DNA of 63,782 bases, the filler included, from Octopus bimaculoides (taxonomy: Eukaryota), in assembly GCF_001194135.2 (NCBI RefSeq). It is 13 parts of 13 records of this genome, joined end to end, with 100 filler letters (N's around TTAATTAATTAA, not from the genome) between each part and the next. Parts side by side here need not be neighbours in the genome. Positions count along the whole stretch, not along the records: positions 1 to 5,259 come from NC_068999.1; positions 5,360 to 19,363 come from NC_068985.1; 11 more parts are not named here. One strand, 5' to 3'. This document shows positions 1-11,149 of this stretch, piece by piece. Made by a program: the position numbers and the translations under genes. Below the pieces are notes generated by a model. That model was not told where the DNA came from. It saw only the letters and a list, made by a program, of their open reading frames with translations, and made no database searches. The number at the start of each line of letters is the position of its first letter. The first letter of the stretch is position 1.

Positions 1-145
1 GCGGCTATGGTGTCAGGGTGGCGTCGGGAGGGTGAGTGGTGACGCCGGGGTTGGGTCGTGGGGATGGAGCCGGGTGGAGGGGAGGAAAAGGAGTTGCGGC
101 TACGGTGTCAGGGTGGCGTTGGGAGGATGAGTGGTGACGCCGGGG
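1..145. repeat. G-rich direct repeat (50-bp unit at 1-50 and 96-145), truncated by the window start
   Basis: gcggctaYggtgtcagggtggcgtYgggaggRtgagtggtgacgccgggg occurs twice, 95 bp apart. Confidence 0.8.
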
Positions 146-249
146 TGGCGCCGGGTGGCCATTTGATCTAATCAAGTGGCCCATAACAACCATTAAAGTT
201 GGCAATGAAAAGAGGGACGAGAAATAATCGATCTGTTATTTTTTTTAAA

Positions 250-530
250 CAATGGGTGTGTGTATGTGTGTGTGAGTGTTTGTGTGTCTGAGTGTGTATG
301 TGGATGTATATGTGTGTGTGTATGTGTATGTGTGAGTGTTTGTGTGTCTGAGTGTGAAAATGTGTGGATGTATGTGTGTGTGTATGTGTATGTGTGAGTG
401 TTTGTGTGTCTGAGTGTGAAAATGTGTGTATGTATGTGTGTGTATGTGTGAGTGTTTCTGTGTCTGAGTGTGAAAATGTGAGTATGTATGTGTGTGTATG
501 TCTATGTGTGAGCGTTTGCGTGTCTAGCAT
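250..530. repeat. Compound (TG)n/TGTA microsatellite with ~60-bp higher-order units
   Basis: Repeated tgtgagtgtttgtgtgtctgagtgtgaaaatgtg units. Confidence 0.85.
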
Positions 531-1009
531 TNNNNNNNNNNNNNNNNNNNNNNNNNNNNNNNNNNNNNNNNNNNNNNNNNNNNNNNNNNNNNNNNNNNNN
601 NNNNNNNNNNNNNNNNNNNNNNNNNNNNNNNNNNNNNNNNNNNNNNNNNNNNNNNNNNNNNNNNNNNNNNNNNNNNNNNNNNNNNNNNNNNNNNNNNNNN
701 NNNNNNNNNNNNNNNNNNNNNNNNNNNNNNNNNNNNNNNNNNNNNNNNNNNNNNNNNNNNNNNNNNNNNNNNNNNNNNNNNNNNNNNNNNNNNNNNNNNN
801 NNNNNNNNNNNNNNNNNNNNNNNNNNNNNNNNNNNNNNNNNNNNNNNNNNNNNNNNNNNNNNNNNNNNNNNNNNNNNNNNNNNNNNNNNNNNNNNNNNNN
901 NNNNNNNNNNNNNNNNNNNNNNNNNNNNNNNNNNNNNNNNNNNNNNNNNNNNNNNNNNNNNNNNNNNNNNNNNNNNNNNNNNNNNNNNNNNNNNNNNNNN
1001 NNNNNNNNN

Positions 1010-1054
<45 letters not shown>

Positions 1055-1306
1055 GATAGAGAGAGAGAGAGACAGACAGAAAGAAAGAGAGAGATAGAGA
1101 GAGAGCCGAGTGACTTTTTTTCTTAAATAGAAAGAAAAAAATGAAAAGAAAAAATAATTAAAAAAGAAAGAGGACGAAAGAAAGAAAATGAACCAAAAGA
1201 AACAAAGATTGAGGGAAGAAAGAGACATAGAGGTAGAGAGTCTGAGAAAGATAGACAGATAGAGAGAGAGATAGGCAGACAGATAGATAGATAGATAGAT
1301 AGATAG

Positions 1307-1344
<38 letters not shown>

Positions 1345-1699
1345 GAGTTATACAAAAAAAGCAACAAAAAAGCAACTGCAACGACAACTACTACTACTAC
1401 TGCTACTACTACTACTACAACCACAACAACCACCATAACTACTACTACTGCTACTGCTTTTAATTTAAGCACAAGGCCAGCAAATTTATGAGGAAGAATT
1501 GGGCGTTAGCAACGACCAAACTATTTGACTGGTACTTATTTTTATCGACCCTAGAGTGATAAGGGCAACGTTCACCACGGTGGAATTGAACACCGAATGT
1601 AAGAGGTCGGAGGCTTTCTCCTCGCACTAATATTAACAACCAGCAGAAAAACCACACGGAGGGCGGGATTTCTGCTTGGATGGTAACGATAATTCTATC

Positions 1700-2130
1700 T
1701 ACTACAGATACAAGTCCTGGAATTTTGTGGGTAGTGGGATAAGTCAATGAGATGAGGAGCAGCGGAATTACATGTCGCACGAAAGACGTCCACACCAGTC
1801 GTCGATCACACATGCGCAGTGATTTAAATATCTCTGCAAGTACGTCAACCTCAGTGCTTGGCGTTGCATCATCAAGGATGGCATCCCAAGACCACCGTGG
1901 AGTGGATGTTGACAGCATATGGACTTTCTGATCCGTGAAACCTGACCCTTCTATAAAGATCGAAAAAGCAAGCGCTCTAATCTGGTCGAAGATTTTTTGA
2001 GGACAAGTTACGACGTCTAGGCAGTATTACACTAGCGAGGCGATGCATGCGTTCGCTACATCCACCCAGCCTTTCAGTGACAGCTTCCTTTCTTCCCATT
2101 TCTGGGCGAGCTTGGCCAATTTTTTTGCAA
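1700..2130 (-). mobile_element. Tx1/L1-like LINE RT fragment, decayed
   Basis: Minus-strand translation KLAQKWEERKLSLKGWVDVANACIAS...VWTSFVR matches the same region of the copy at 20890-21350. Confidence 0.7.
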
Positions 2131-2266
2131 CTTGTTTTATCGATTCAGAAAGGATGAAAAGCAATGTCAAACTCGGCGGAATCTAAATTCAAATGACATA
2201 AAAACGGACGAAATGCCGCCAAGCATTTTGTCCGGATTGCTAACAGTTCTGCCAACTCACCGCCTT
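2131..2266 (-). mobile_element. tRNA-derived SINE family A (head and central domain)
   Basis: Similar to the other family A copies (A/B-box head plus TTTCATCCTTTCG..GTCGATAAA core); followed by (AAT)n/(AAC)n. Confidence 0.7.
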
Positions 2267-2296
2267 AATGATGATAAAAATAATGATGATAATAAC

Positions 2297-2339
<43 letters not shown>

Positions 2340-2849
2340 GTAATAATAATAATAATAATAATAACAACAACAACAACAACAACAAATATATATAAAATTA
2401 TATAGAAATGGAATTTTGAAAATCACGAAAGAAATGATAACATAAAACAATAACAATAAAATAGAAGATATAAAAAATTAAAAATTAAAAAATGTCGAAA
2501 GAAAATTCTGACGAAGAAAAGACGACAGAAAATAGTGAAAAAAACCCAAAAAACAAAACAAAAACGAGAAAAGGGAAAAGAAAAATCTCAAACTAACAAT
2601 AGTGTTATAAAAATATTATAAAATACAGCATTTTTCTTTCAATGAAGAAATATGAAATGAAATGAATGTAAAGATATAAAGACTTAAAAATATAAAATTT
2701 AAAGAAATAATTATAAAAAAATATAAAAATGTAAAATATAAAAAAATATAGAAAATAGTAATTATTCGGGAGATAATGGTTATTTAATAACAGCAGCAGC
2801 ATGAGCAACAATGGGTGAATTTGTATGCAATTTGCTCGACTTGGTTGAA

Positions 2850-3460
2850 ATAGCAGCCATATTGCTGATAAATAACACTCGATGCAGTCGTTAAAATATA
2901 TATCAAATGTTAGGATGGTCATGGCTTGAGCGCTTTTGGTCACAGGTCTGCACGATCGGAGAAGTTATGGTTAGAAAAAGTAATCAACTTTCCATCTAGT
3001 CAAACTCGATGTAACTCTTAAAGTATACGTCAAATGGTGGGATAGTTATGGCTGGAGCGCTTTTTGATCAGAGCTCTACGAAGTCAGAAAAGACCTGGCT
3101 TCAATTAGCAACCAGATTTTTTGTCCAAATTAACCTCAACGAAGTCCTTATATTAAATGATGAGATGGTTAAGGCTTGAACATGTTTGAACATAGGCCTC
3201 CGTGATGAGAGATGAGACGAGAAGTAGAAACCAAATTTCTATCAAAACACATGATAAAGTCCTTATTCGTATATCAGATGATAGGATGGTCACAGCAGGG
3301 GTTCATTTGATCAAAAGCCTGCGAGATTAGGGAAGACGTAACTAGAAATAGCAACTAAATTTCTGTCAAATCGCACTCGATGTAGTTCTCAAAATGTAAA
3401 CCAAACGGTGAGATGGTCACGATTGAAGCGCTTTTGATCATAGGTCTGTATTAGGTCGTC
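2850..3460. repeat. Diverged tandem array of five ~125-bp units
   Basis: RGATGGTCAYGGCTTGAGCGCTTTTGATCAYAGGTCTG-like motif at 2913, 3040, 3163, 3284 and 3411. Confidence 0.75.
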
Positions 3461-3522
3461 AAATATGAAATTTGTAGAAAAGAAAAAAGTTTGCTAATGT
3501 TTTATAAATTCAAGGAATAGTT

Positions 3523-3640
3523 TTATTCATCGAAGTATGCACCCATATTGCCATTACACTTTTGCCATTTCAACGGTAGCTTGTCCAGCCCGGAACTGTA
3601 AAAGCCTGGCAATCTAGAGTCAATAAAATCTTGGAAGGCC
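3523..3640 (-). mobile_element. mariner transposase C-terminal remnant
   Basis: AFQDFIDSRLPGFYSSGLDKLPLKWQKCNGNMGAYFDE* fits the mariner C-terminus (F...I..L..RW.KC....G.YF). Confidence 0.75.
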
Positions 3641-3769
3641 TGTTTTACATACACACACACACACATATACAAATGCATACACACACACATATACAAATAC
3701 AAATACATACACATACATATACATATACATACATACATACACAGACACATACACAAATGTATACACGAC

Positions 3770-3920
3770 AAGCTTCTTTTAGTTTCTGTCTACCAAATCC
3801 ACTCACTAGGTTTTGGCCGGCCCGAGGCTATAGTAGAAGACATTTGCCCAAGGCACCACGCAGTGGGACTGAACCCAGACCAATGTGGTTGAGAAGCAAG
3901 CTTCTTACAACACAGTTACG
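3770..3920 (-). mobile_element. tRNA-derived SINE family B (CORE-like GTGGCACCTTGGGCAAGTGTCTT domain)
   Basis: Reverse complement has a B-box (GGTTCAGTCCCACTGCGTGG) followed by TGCCTTGGGCAAATGTCTTCTACTATAGCCTCGGG; related copies near 16300, 31240, 34712, 38595, 41370 and 44450. Confidence 0.75.
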
Positions 3921-4441
3921 CTGTATATATATATATGTATATATATGTATATATATANNNNNNNNNNNNNNNNNNNNNNNNNNNNNNNNNNNNNNNNNNN
4001 NNNNNNNNNNNNNNNNNNNNNNNNNNNNNNNNNNNNNNNNNNNNNNNNNNNNNNNNNNNNNNNNNNNNNNNNNNNNNNNNNNNNNNNNNNNNNNNNNNNN
4101 NNNNNNNNNNNNNNNNNNNNNNNNNNNNNNNNNNNNNNNNNNNNNNNNNNNNNNNNNNNNNNNNNNNNNNNNNNNNNNNNNNNNNNNNNNNNNNNNNNNN
4201 NNNNNNNNNNNNNNNNNNNNNNNNNNNNNNNNNNNNNNNNNNNNNNNNNNNNNNNNNNNNNNNNNNNNNNNNNNNNNNNNNNNNNNNNNNNNNNNNNNNN
4301 NNNNATATATATATATATACATATATAGATAAAACTAACTTGGGAAAGGATGCGTGGTGTTCGATCATATAATAATAAAAATAAGATATAAGCATACGCA
4401 TATATCCATACATATATGTACATACCTACATCTATATGTAT

Positions 4442-4483
<42 letters not shown>

Positions 4484-4539
4484 GCACACATTTGTGTGTG
4501 TGTGTGTATGTTTGTGTGTGTGCGTCTGTATGTGCGTGC

Positions 4540-4593
<54 letters not shown>

Positions 4594-5218
4594 CTGTGTG
4601 TATTTGTCCTCGCCATCGATTGGCAACCGGTTGTCGTTCGTTTACGATCCCGCAAATCCAGCGGTTCGTGGAAAAGCGACCGATAGAATAAGCTTTAAAA
4701 AAAAAAATCAAAAACAAAAATATTAACAAAAACAAACAAAGAAATAAAAGAAATATTTGAGTAAGGCATTTCTAGACATTGCTCCAGTATGGCTCCATTC
4801 CAATGACTGAAACAAATAAACCAATCCACCATGACCACCACGTCGACCACCAGCAAATGTAGAAAGCTATCAATAATTTTATTACGATATTGTAGTTACA
4901 GTGTAATTTGTAACAGCAAACGTTAGTTCTTTATTTGACTTGTTTACGAAATTTATCCAAAAATATATCTGCTGCCTTTTTTTCCCTCTTCTTTTTTTTT
5001 ATTTGTTCTGAAGTAAAAAGTTGATTGATTTACTTTGATAAATTTGCTTGTTAAAAATAAAAAAAAGATACAAGAATACAAAATAAAAACAGAGAGAAAA
5101 AAACACGAGAAAATATTTTTAAAAAAGGACAAAGAAATTAAATGGTAACAATTAAATTGATAAATTATGAAAAAAGAAATAAGGAGAGAAAATGTATTGG
5201 TATTGTTTTTAGATAAAG

Positions 5219-5259
<41 letters not shown>

Positions 5260-5376
5260 NNNNNNNNNNNNNNNNNNNNNNNNNNNNNNNNNNNNNNNNN
5301 NNNTTAATTAATTAANNNNNNNNNNNNNNNNNNNNNNNNNNNNNNNNNNNNNNNNNNNNATATATAATATATATAT

Positions 5377-5959
5377 AAGCAATGTTAAATCTCTGAACGA
5401 GGTATTAACAGTAACTGCACGATAAAGTGAAGTATATTTGCTACTTAAATGTGGCTGACCCCGAGGGGTGGATGTTACTGTTGCTTTTAGCCCCAGGAGG
5501 ACATCTCCTCCAGCTGGCTATCGACACACATCTGTGCCCTGTCTGTATTTGCCAAGGGAAGTTATCTTTCCCATCTTGATCTACGATACGTACGCATCCG
5601 AGTTTCAGGGTTATTTCCCTTCTTCAGTTACTGTTAATACCTCGTTCAGAGATTTAACATTGCTTTTCACTTTTTCGATATCAGTGAATAATTTCACTGG
5701 AGAAAGATACATATATTTGCCAAGGGATGTCTTTTGCATCGAAGGTGGGCGATTGTCGTACGCTGAAGAAGGGAAATAACCCTGAAACTCGGGTACGTAC
5801 GTATCGTAGATCAAGATGGGAAAGATAACTTCCCTTGGCAAATACAGACAGGACACAGATGTGTGTCGATAGCCAGCTGGAGGAGATGTCCTCCTGGGGC
5901 TAAAAGCAACAGTAACATCCACCCCTCGGGGTCAGCCACATTTAAGTGGCAAATATACT

Positions 5960-5964
<5 letters not shown>
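5377..5964. mobile_element. Retrozyme/Penelope-pLTR-like element with ~200-bp inverted arms, flanked by TA-rich/(TA)n sequence
   Basis: 5426-5627 is the near-perfect reverse complement of 5763-5964; 5377-5417 is the reverse complement of 5625-5665; contains a hammerhead motif. Confidence 0.75.
5757..5801 (+). ncRNA. Minimal type I hammerhead ribozyme with complete core (predicted cleavage after GUA at 5795)
   Basis: CGTACG-CTGAAGA-AGGG(aaataa)CCCT-GAAAC(tcgg)GTA-CGTACG: 6-bp stem I, CUGANGA, 4-bp stem II, GAAA, 2-bp stem III, GUA triplet. Confidence 0.8.
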
Positions 5965-5999
<35 letters not shown>

Positions 6000-7059
6000 T
6001 GATATATTCTGTTAAGAACGTAGTAGAGTACAGCATAAAACTCGTCCATGGTATAAAGCTCGTCGTAGAAACAATTGTAGCGACTGAAAATAAATGTCCA
6101 ACCGTAATCCTTCATGTATAAACTCGTCATATATATATTTTATATTTTACTTGTTTCAGGCATTAGACTGCGGCCATGCTGGGATTCCGACTTTAGTCAA
6201 TAAATCCACCCCAGTATTCTATTATTATTATTTAAAGTCTAGTACTTATATTATCGGGCTCCTTTGCAGAACCGCTAGTTGACCGGGATGGAAACGAAGC
6301 AACACCGGCTGTCAGTCGGTGGTGGGGGACGGACTCAAACAGCAAGACTGAACCGGGAACGACGTGGTTGGCAATCAAACTTCTTATCATAACCGCACCT
6401 CCCCTTTGTGTGTGTGTGTGTGGACCCAATAAGGTTCGAAAATCGATTAAGGTTGTTCATCATTTTTTTCAGTCTACAAAGAAATGACTAAAATTTGCCC
6501 TGTTTATAATTATACTATATGCTATATATGTGTGTATTCGGGAAAAAACGCACCAACGCTGTTAACTTCTCTTAAACATTTATTATTTGGTGTCAAAATT
6601 TTCGCCGCATCAACAGTGACCTGTTATATGGTTCCACTGCATCTGGCTTTTGGCGAGGTTGTTGGTCGGCACATAGCTTTCAGGGTTATAATTTTTTTTC
6701 AGTGTTATAATTTTTTCATGCATATAGATCAATCGTTTTGGTTGGGTGCTCATTGTTGGTCAGTTAAATTGGAATTTGATTGTATTTCACGAATGCCCTC
6801 TTCATTCATTCATTCTTTCTTTCTTTCTTTCTTTCTTTCTTTTTTTCTTTCTTTAAGAGGATATGTAAATATGTGAACGTGAAGGAGTACATACAGTGTG
6901 AATGGGTAACGAAGTTGGAGGAGTTGTGGTGTGTGTGCGTTTGTGTAGGCGAGAGTAGTGAAAGGGTGCAAAGTGGCGGAAGGTTTGAGTTTTGGTGAAG
7001 AGGTGTAGGTGTATTGACGGTAAGTGAGGGTCGTGAAGTGATGGGGTGGTCGGGAGAGT

Positions 7060-7440
7060 GTGAGTAGGTCATGTAGGGGCGGCAGGGGGCGAAGAGTTGC
7101 GGAGCAGAGAAAACGAGTTCCAGTTCCTTCTGGAGGCGAGTGGTGGGGGACTCAAGGCTGGTGGCTACGTCTAGGACCGAAAGATGTTAGGTAGACTAGT
7201 TGGAACAGCAGAAATGCCGAGGGACAGGAAATCTGTTTCCAAGTCAGATGCTTCTTAAAGTCTCCACGAACCTCTCAGCTGGTTTTCCCAATGTAGAAAA
7301 TATTGCAGACGGAATGAACTATCTCATCACTTCGACGAATGAGGGTCAACAAGATATAGCTGGAAATCAACCACCACTTTATGGCCGCCTGTACACAGGG
7401 TCAAAGCTGAAAACTTTCAGCAACATCTTCTACCTGTCTT
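7060..7440 (-). mobile_element. Penelope-like GIY-YIG remnant, heavily decayed
   Basis: VCNIFYIGKTS*EVRGDFKKHL and RLQKELELVF, resembling YIGET...F.EH and R..KE..LIF. Confidence 0.5.
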
Positions 7441-7751
7441 CGTCTCTTCTTTTCCTATCACCACTGGATTTATGACAAAAGTGTGATGGAGCCGGTGCTG
7501 GTAACTTGGCTAGCTGAACAATCTACACGATGAATATTATTGTGCGGAGTCAATCCCGCTTTCTCACCCTTCAAATTTGTATTGATTTGGTGCAGTGTAT
7601 GCTATGAGCTCTATAGTTGTAAGAGTATAGGATTTATATGCAATTACCTTCTCTTAAAATCACAACTGAAGGGCCTTACCTGCCCTGGGTACGTTGCAGT
7701 GTCTGTGAGTGAGCTTCTTCAGGAGACAAGTCCGTGACAAGCTAATTACTA

Positions 7752-8376
7752 CAGGTATTACTACAGCTCCTCCAGGACATATAATATATCTATTCTTCAT
7801 ATTTCCTACTGAGATTCACACACTTATTGCAGTGGCCCTGCAGTTTTTCTAAGCTCTGTAAAAAGAACTCGGGAGGTTGGGCCTCCAACTAGGCCTCTGT
7901 AGCAGCGATCACTTCCGAATCGGAGCGAAATTTCATTCCATTGAAATTTTTCTTTAGTTGTGGAAAGAGATGATAGTCGGAGGGGACCGAATCAGAAGAA
8001 TAAAGTGAGTGTCTACCAATTCGAAGCCAAAGTCGCGTATTTTCATTAGAGTTTCATGTAGTGCGTGCGCCGGTGCGCTGCACTGCAAAAACAGGACATC
8101 ACGGCTCACCCTTCACGATTCTGCTCCAAACCTTCACGCAGTTCGTTCAACAGAGACATTTAGTACTCTGCGTTCATGGTTTGGCAGGTATTTTATAAAG
8201 AGTATTCCGTCTTTGTCCCAGGACACTGCAGCCAGAATCTTTCCAGCTGACTTCTGGGTTCGAAACTTCTTGGAACGGGGTGAACTACTGTGGCACCATT
8301 CCACTGATTGCTGCTTGGTCTGGGGATTATAATGATGAAGCCAAGTTTCATCCATGGTGACTAAACGAACTATAAA
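7752..8376 (-). mobile_element. mariner (DD34D-type) transposase pseudogene, 3' half
   Basis: LVTMDETWLHHYNPQTKQQSVEW...QKSAGKILAAVSWDKDGIL, then PSDYHLFPQLKKNFNGMKFRSDSEVIA; frameshifted; 5' end lost in a gap. Confidence 0.9.
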
Positions 8377-8548
8377 NNNNNNNNNNNNNNNNNNNNNNNN
8401 NNNNNNNNNNNNNNNNNNNNNNNNNNNNNNNNNNNNNNNNNNNNNNNNNNNNNNNNNNNNNNNNNNNNNNNNNNNNNNNNNNNNNNNNNNNNNNNNNNNN
8501 NNNNNNNNNNNNNNNNNNNNNNNNNNNNNNNNNNNNNNNNNNNNNNNN

Positions 8549-8582
<34 letters not shown>

Positions 8583-8596
8583 TACATATATGTATC

Positions 8597-9678
8597 ATTG
8601 TTAAATAGGACTACCAACGTTAAGGCAAGGCAAACATCTCAAGTCGTATACATTATTATTATTATCGGAAAAAATTCAGTCTTACAGTTGTTTCTGGGAT
8701 ATCCCCTAGTATGGGATATTCCGTCATCAGAGACAAATAAGGAAAAATAAAGACCATAGAATAATGAAATGACGACATAGAGGATAGGAGTAAAAGAAAA
8801 AGATGAAGAGAAAGAAGAAAAGAGAAGTATAAAAGTTCATAGTTCAACTTTCTAGTGTTGTAGAAACAAGAGTATAAGTCCTTAGGTGGAATTCTGCGTA
8901 GAGCCATGTGGGTTAAAATCCAGATATAGTACACATCAAGAGAAAAAAGACGCGAACATAGCGTTCAATAACAGAATGGTAGCGGAGGTGGCTATTAAGT
9001 GGTAAAAGGCTACTCCTACACAATATTCTTAGACACCATATACCTATACACCTTACTTTAACCTAAGGCCAATCTTTAATTCTCCACCTCCCACTTCATC
9101 CACCTTTCTTTCTAGTTATTTATTTTTCTTTCCTGTTACTACTTAATAACCACCTCCGCTACCAATCTGTTATTGAACGTCTTTTTTCTCTGGATGTTTA
9201 CTATATCAGGATTTTAACCCACATGGATCTACGCAGAATTCCACCTAAGGACTTATGCTCTTGTTTTTACAACATCGGAAAGTTGAACTATGAACTTTTA
9301 TGCTTTTTTCTTCTCTCTCTTCATTTCCTTATTCCTTTACTCCCTTCCTTTATGTCGTCGTCTCATTAATATAAACCATTCTCATTTTCTCTATTTGTCT
9401 TTGATGATGGAATATTTCATATTCGGGGATATCTCAGAAACAGCTGTAAGACTGAATTTTGTCCAATAATAATAATAATGTATACGACTTGAGATGTTTG
9501 CCTTGCCTTAACGTTTGTAGTCCTATTTAACAATTATATATCCGGTGCATCGGAATTCTGCAATGGCTCCATAACTGCCATCTCGGCTATAGCCTTGGAG
9601 CCCTAGTAATCCGTAACAGCGCTTACCTAGCGTACCTAATCGTTTAGATCACCTGTGAACTGCTAAAACCCCATACTT

Positions 9679-9690
<12 letters not shown>
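8597..9690. mobile_element. Penelope-like pLTR remnant with ~400-bp inverted arms (8597-9000 and 9141-9534), each with a hammerhead motif
   Basis: Arms align as reverse complements; 9550-9680 is homologous (inverted) to 43655-43770, which abuts a Penelope-like ORF fragment. Confidence 0.7.
8679..8734 (-). ncRNA. Hammerhead ribozyme motif with intact core and a C-A mismatch at the base of stem II
   Basis: GTCT-CTGATGA-cggaatatccc..gggatatccca-GAAAC(aact)GTA-AGAC. Confidence 0.6.
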
Positions 9691-9723
<33 letters not shown>

Positions 9724-10655
9724 GTACAAGTGAGGATATATATAGACCTCAGGGGAACAGAAATATCCAAGATAAGCTGGTTGAATACCTTATAATATTG
9801 GCACACACACACATATATATATAATTATTATAAAAACCAAGAGAGAAGATGGAGATAATATTAATAAAACTTTATTGATACATTGGCAAGACCTACAATT
9901 GTTTCAATTCATCGCTTATAGTATAAAATCAATCTAATTTAACCAAATTATATCAATTTGGTTAATTATTATAAATCAGAATATCATCAAGGAAAACGTA
10001 AAAAGAAATTTGTATATATCATATTGAAAACATAATGAAAATATTAAATAATCAAACCCGAAAAATACAGTGTACCATTAAAATCAATACCTAATATAAA
10101 AACATTATGGATTTCANNNNNNNNNNACCACACGAGTAAGTAGATATTGAAAATGAATAAAAATGAAAATGCCACTTTTATAAAACATTTTTTGGGTGTT
10201 TTAATTAATTTACATGTTTCGGTTTATTTGAAAAACCTTATCAAAAATGAATACAAAATATGTAAGAAGAGAAAAGGGCTATTAATAAAATAAAATTGAA
10301 ATTAAAATTAAGAATGACATTCATAGTTTACTGTTATTTCTTGCATGGGCACGTGATCCTTTCGTTGAGTTCTGAAAACATGATAATTCCAACTTGTGTG
10401 AGAAAATTACTGCTATCTGTTTTTGTAAATTAAATAGTGGTCAAGAATTCTAGGAGTGGTTGTAGCTGTCGAATAACTAGCAGCAGTAATGATAATAACA
10501 ATAGTAGTAGTAGTGGGAGTCGTCGTGGTGAAGTTGTTCCCCCTATGGTTTTAATAGAAATCGGGTTCTTCGATCCCCTTTGTTTATTTCTTATGAACAA
10601 CTTGCAAATCCACGTATAAATATATTAAAATATATATGAGAAAGTCTCGGTGTTG

Positions 10656-11146
10656 CTAGTTTAGAGAATTAAGACTTGGTCGGTATTTTCTTATAAAAAA
10701 TATTTCCTTGCTAATGCGTTCATTTTGGCTAGCATTGACTTTGAATTTGTATAGTGGAAACGTTGTGAATTTGGGAAATTTGTTGTAAGCACATTCGTCG
10801 ATGTGCTGGCTGAGAGGTATTTTCCTGTTTTCTGGGATCCTAATTTGAGATTTGTGTAACGCCATCCTCTGACGTAGGCTGTTTTTAGTGTGTCCAATAT
10901 ATTGCCGTTTGCATCCAGAGCATATAATTAGGTAGATCAAGTTCTCCGATGCACATGTAAAATTAGTTTTTATTGTGAAATTATGGCCTTGTTCTGATCC
11001 TTCTATTAAGTTAACACAAATCCCACAGTTGGGTCTCCCGCATTTTTTTACGAATGTGCTTACAACAAATTTCCCGAATTCACAACGTTTCCACTATACA
11101 AATTCAAATGCTAGCCAAAATGAACGCATTAGCAAGGAAATATTTT
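10656..11146 (-). mobile_element. Penelope-like element 3' end: GIY-YIG endonuclease, with an inverted copy of its own 3' part at the 5' end
   Basis: CGRPNCGIC...FTCASENLIYLIICSGCKRQYIGHTKNSLRQRMALHKS...KEIFFIRKYRPSLN; 11050-11146 is the reverse complement of 10697-10798. Confidence 0.9.
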
Positions 11147-11149
11147 AAT

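Noticed and set aside
2850-3460. CRISPR-like repeat/spacer appearance
   Set aside because: Repeats are not identical, spacers are ~85 bp and mutually similar, there are no cas genes, and the context is eukaryotic.
5260-5359. Recurring TTAATTAATTAA flanked by ~44 N on each side (about 12 times in the window)
   Set aside because: Artificial 100-nt scaffolding linker with stops in all six frames; not biological.
5468-5922. Two near-identical 103-aa ORFs on opposite strands
   Set aside because: A by-product of the inverted repeat, with GTG-type starts and no homology; the signal is the RNA structure.
7695-7725. CTGAAGA...GCAAC motif on the minus strand
   Set aside because: GAAA is mutated and there is no stem I pairing.
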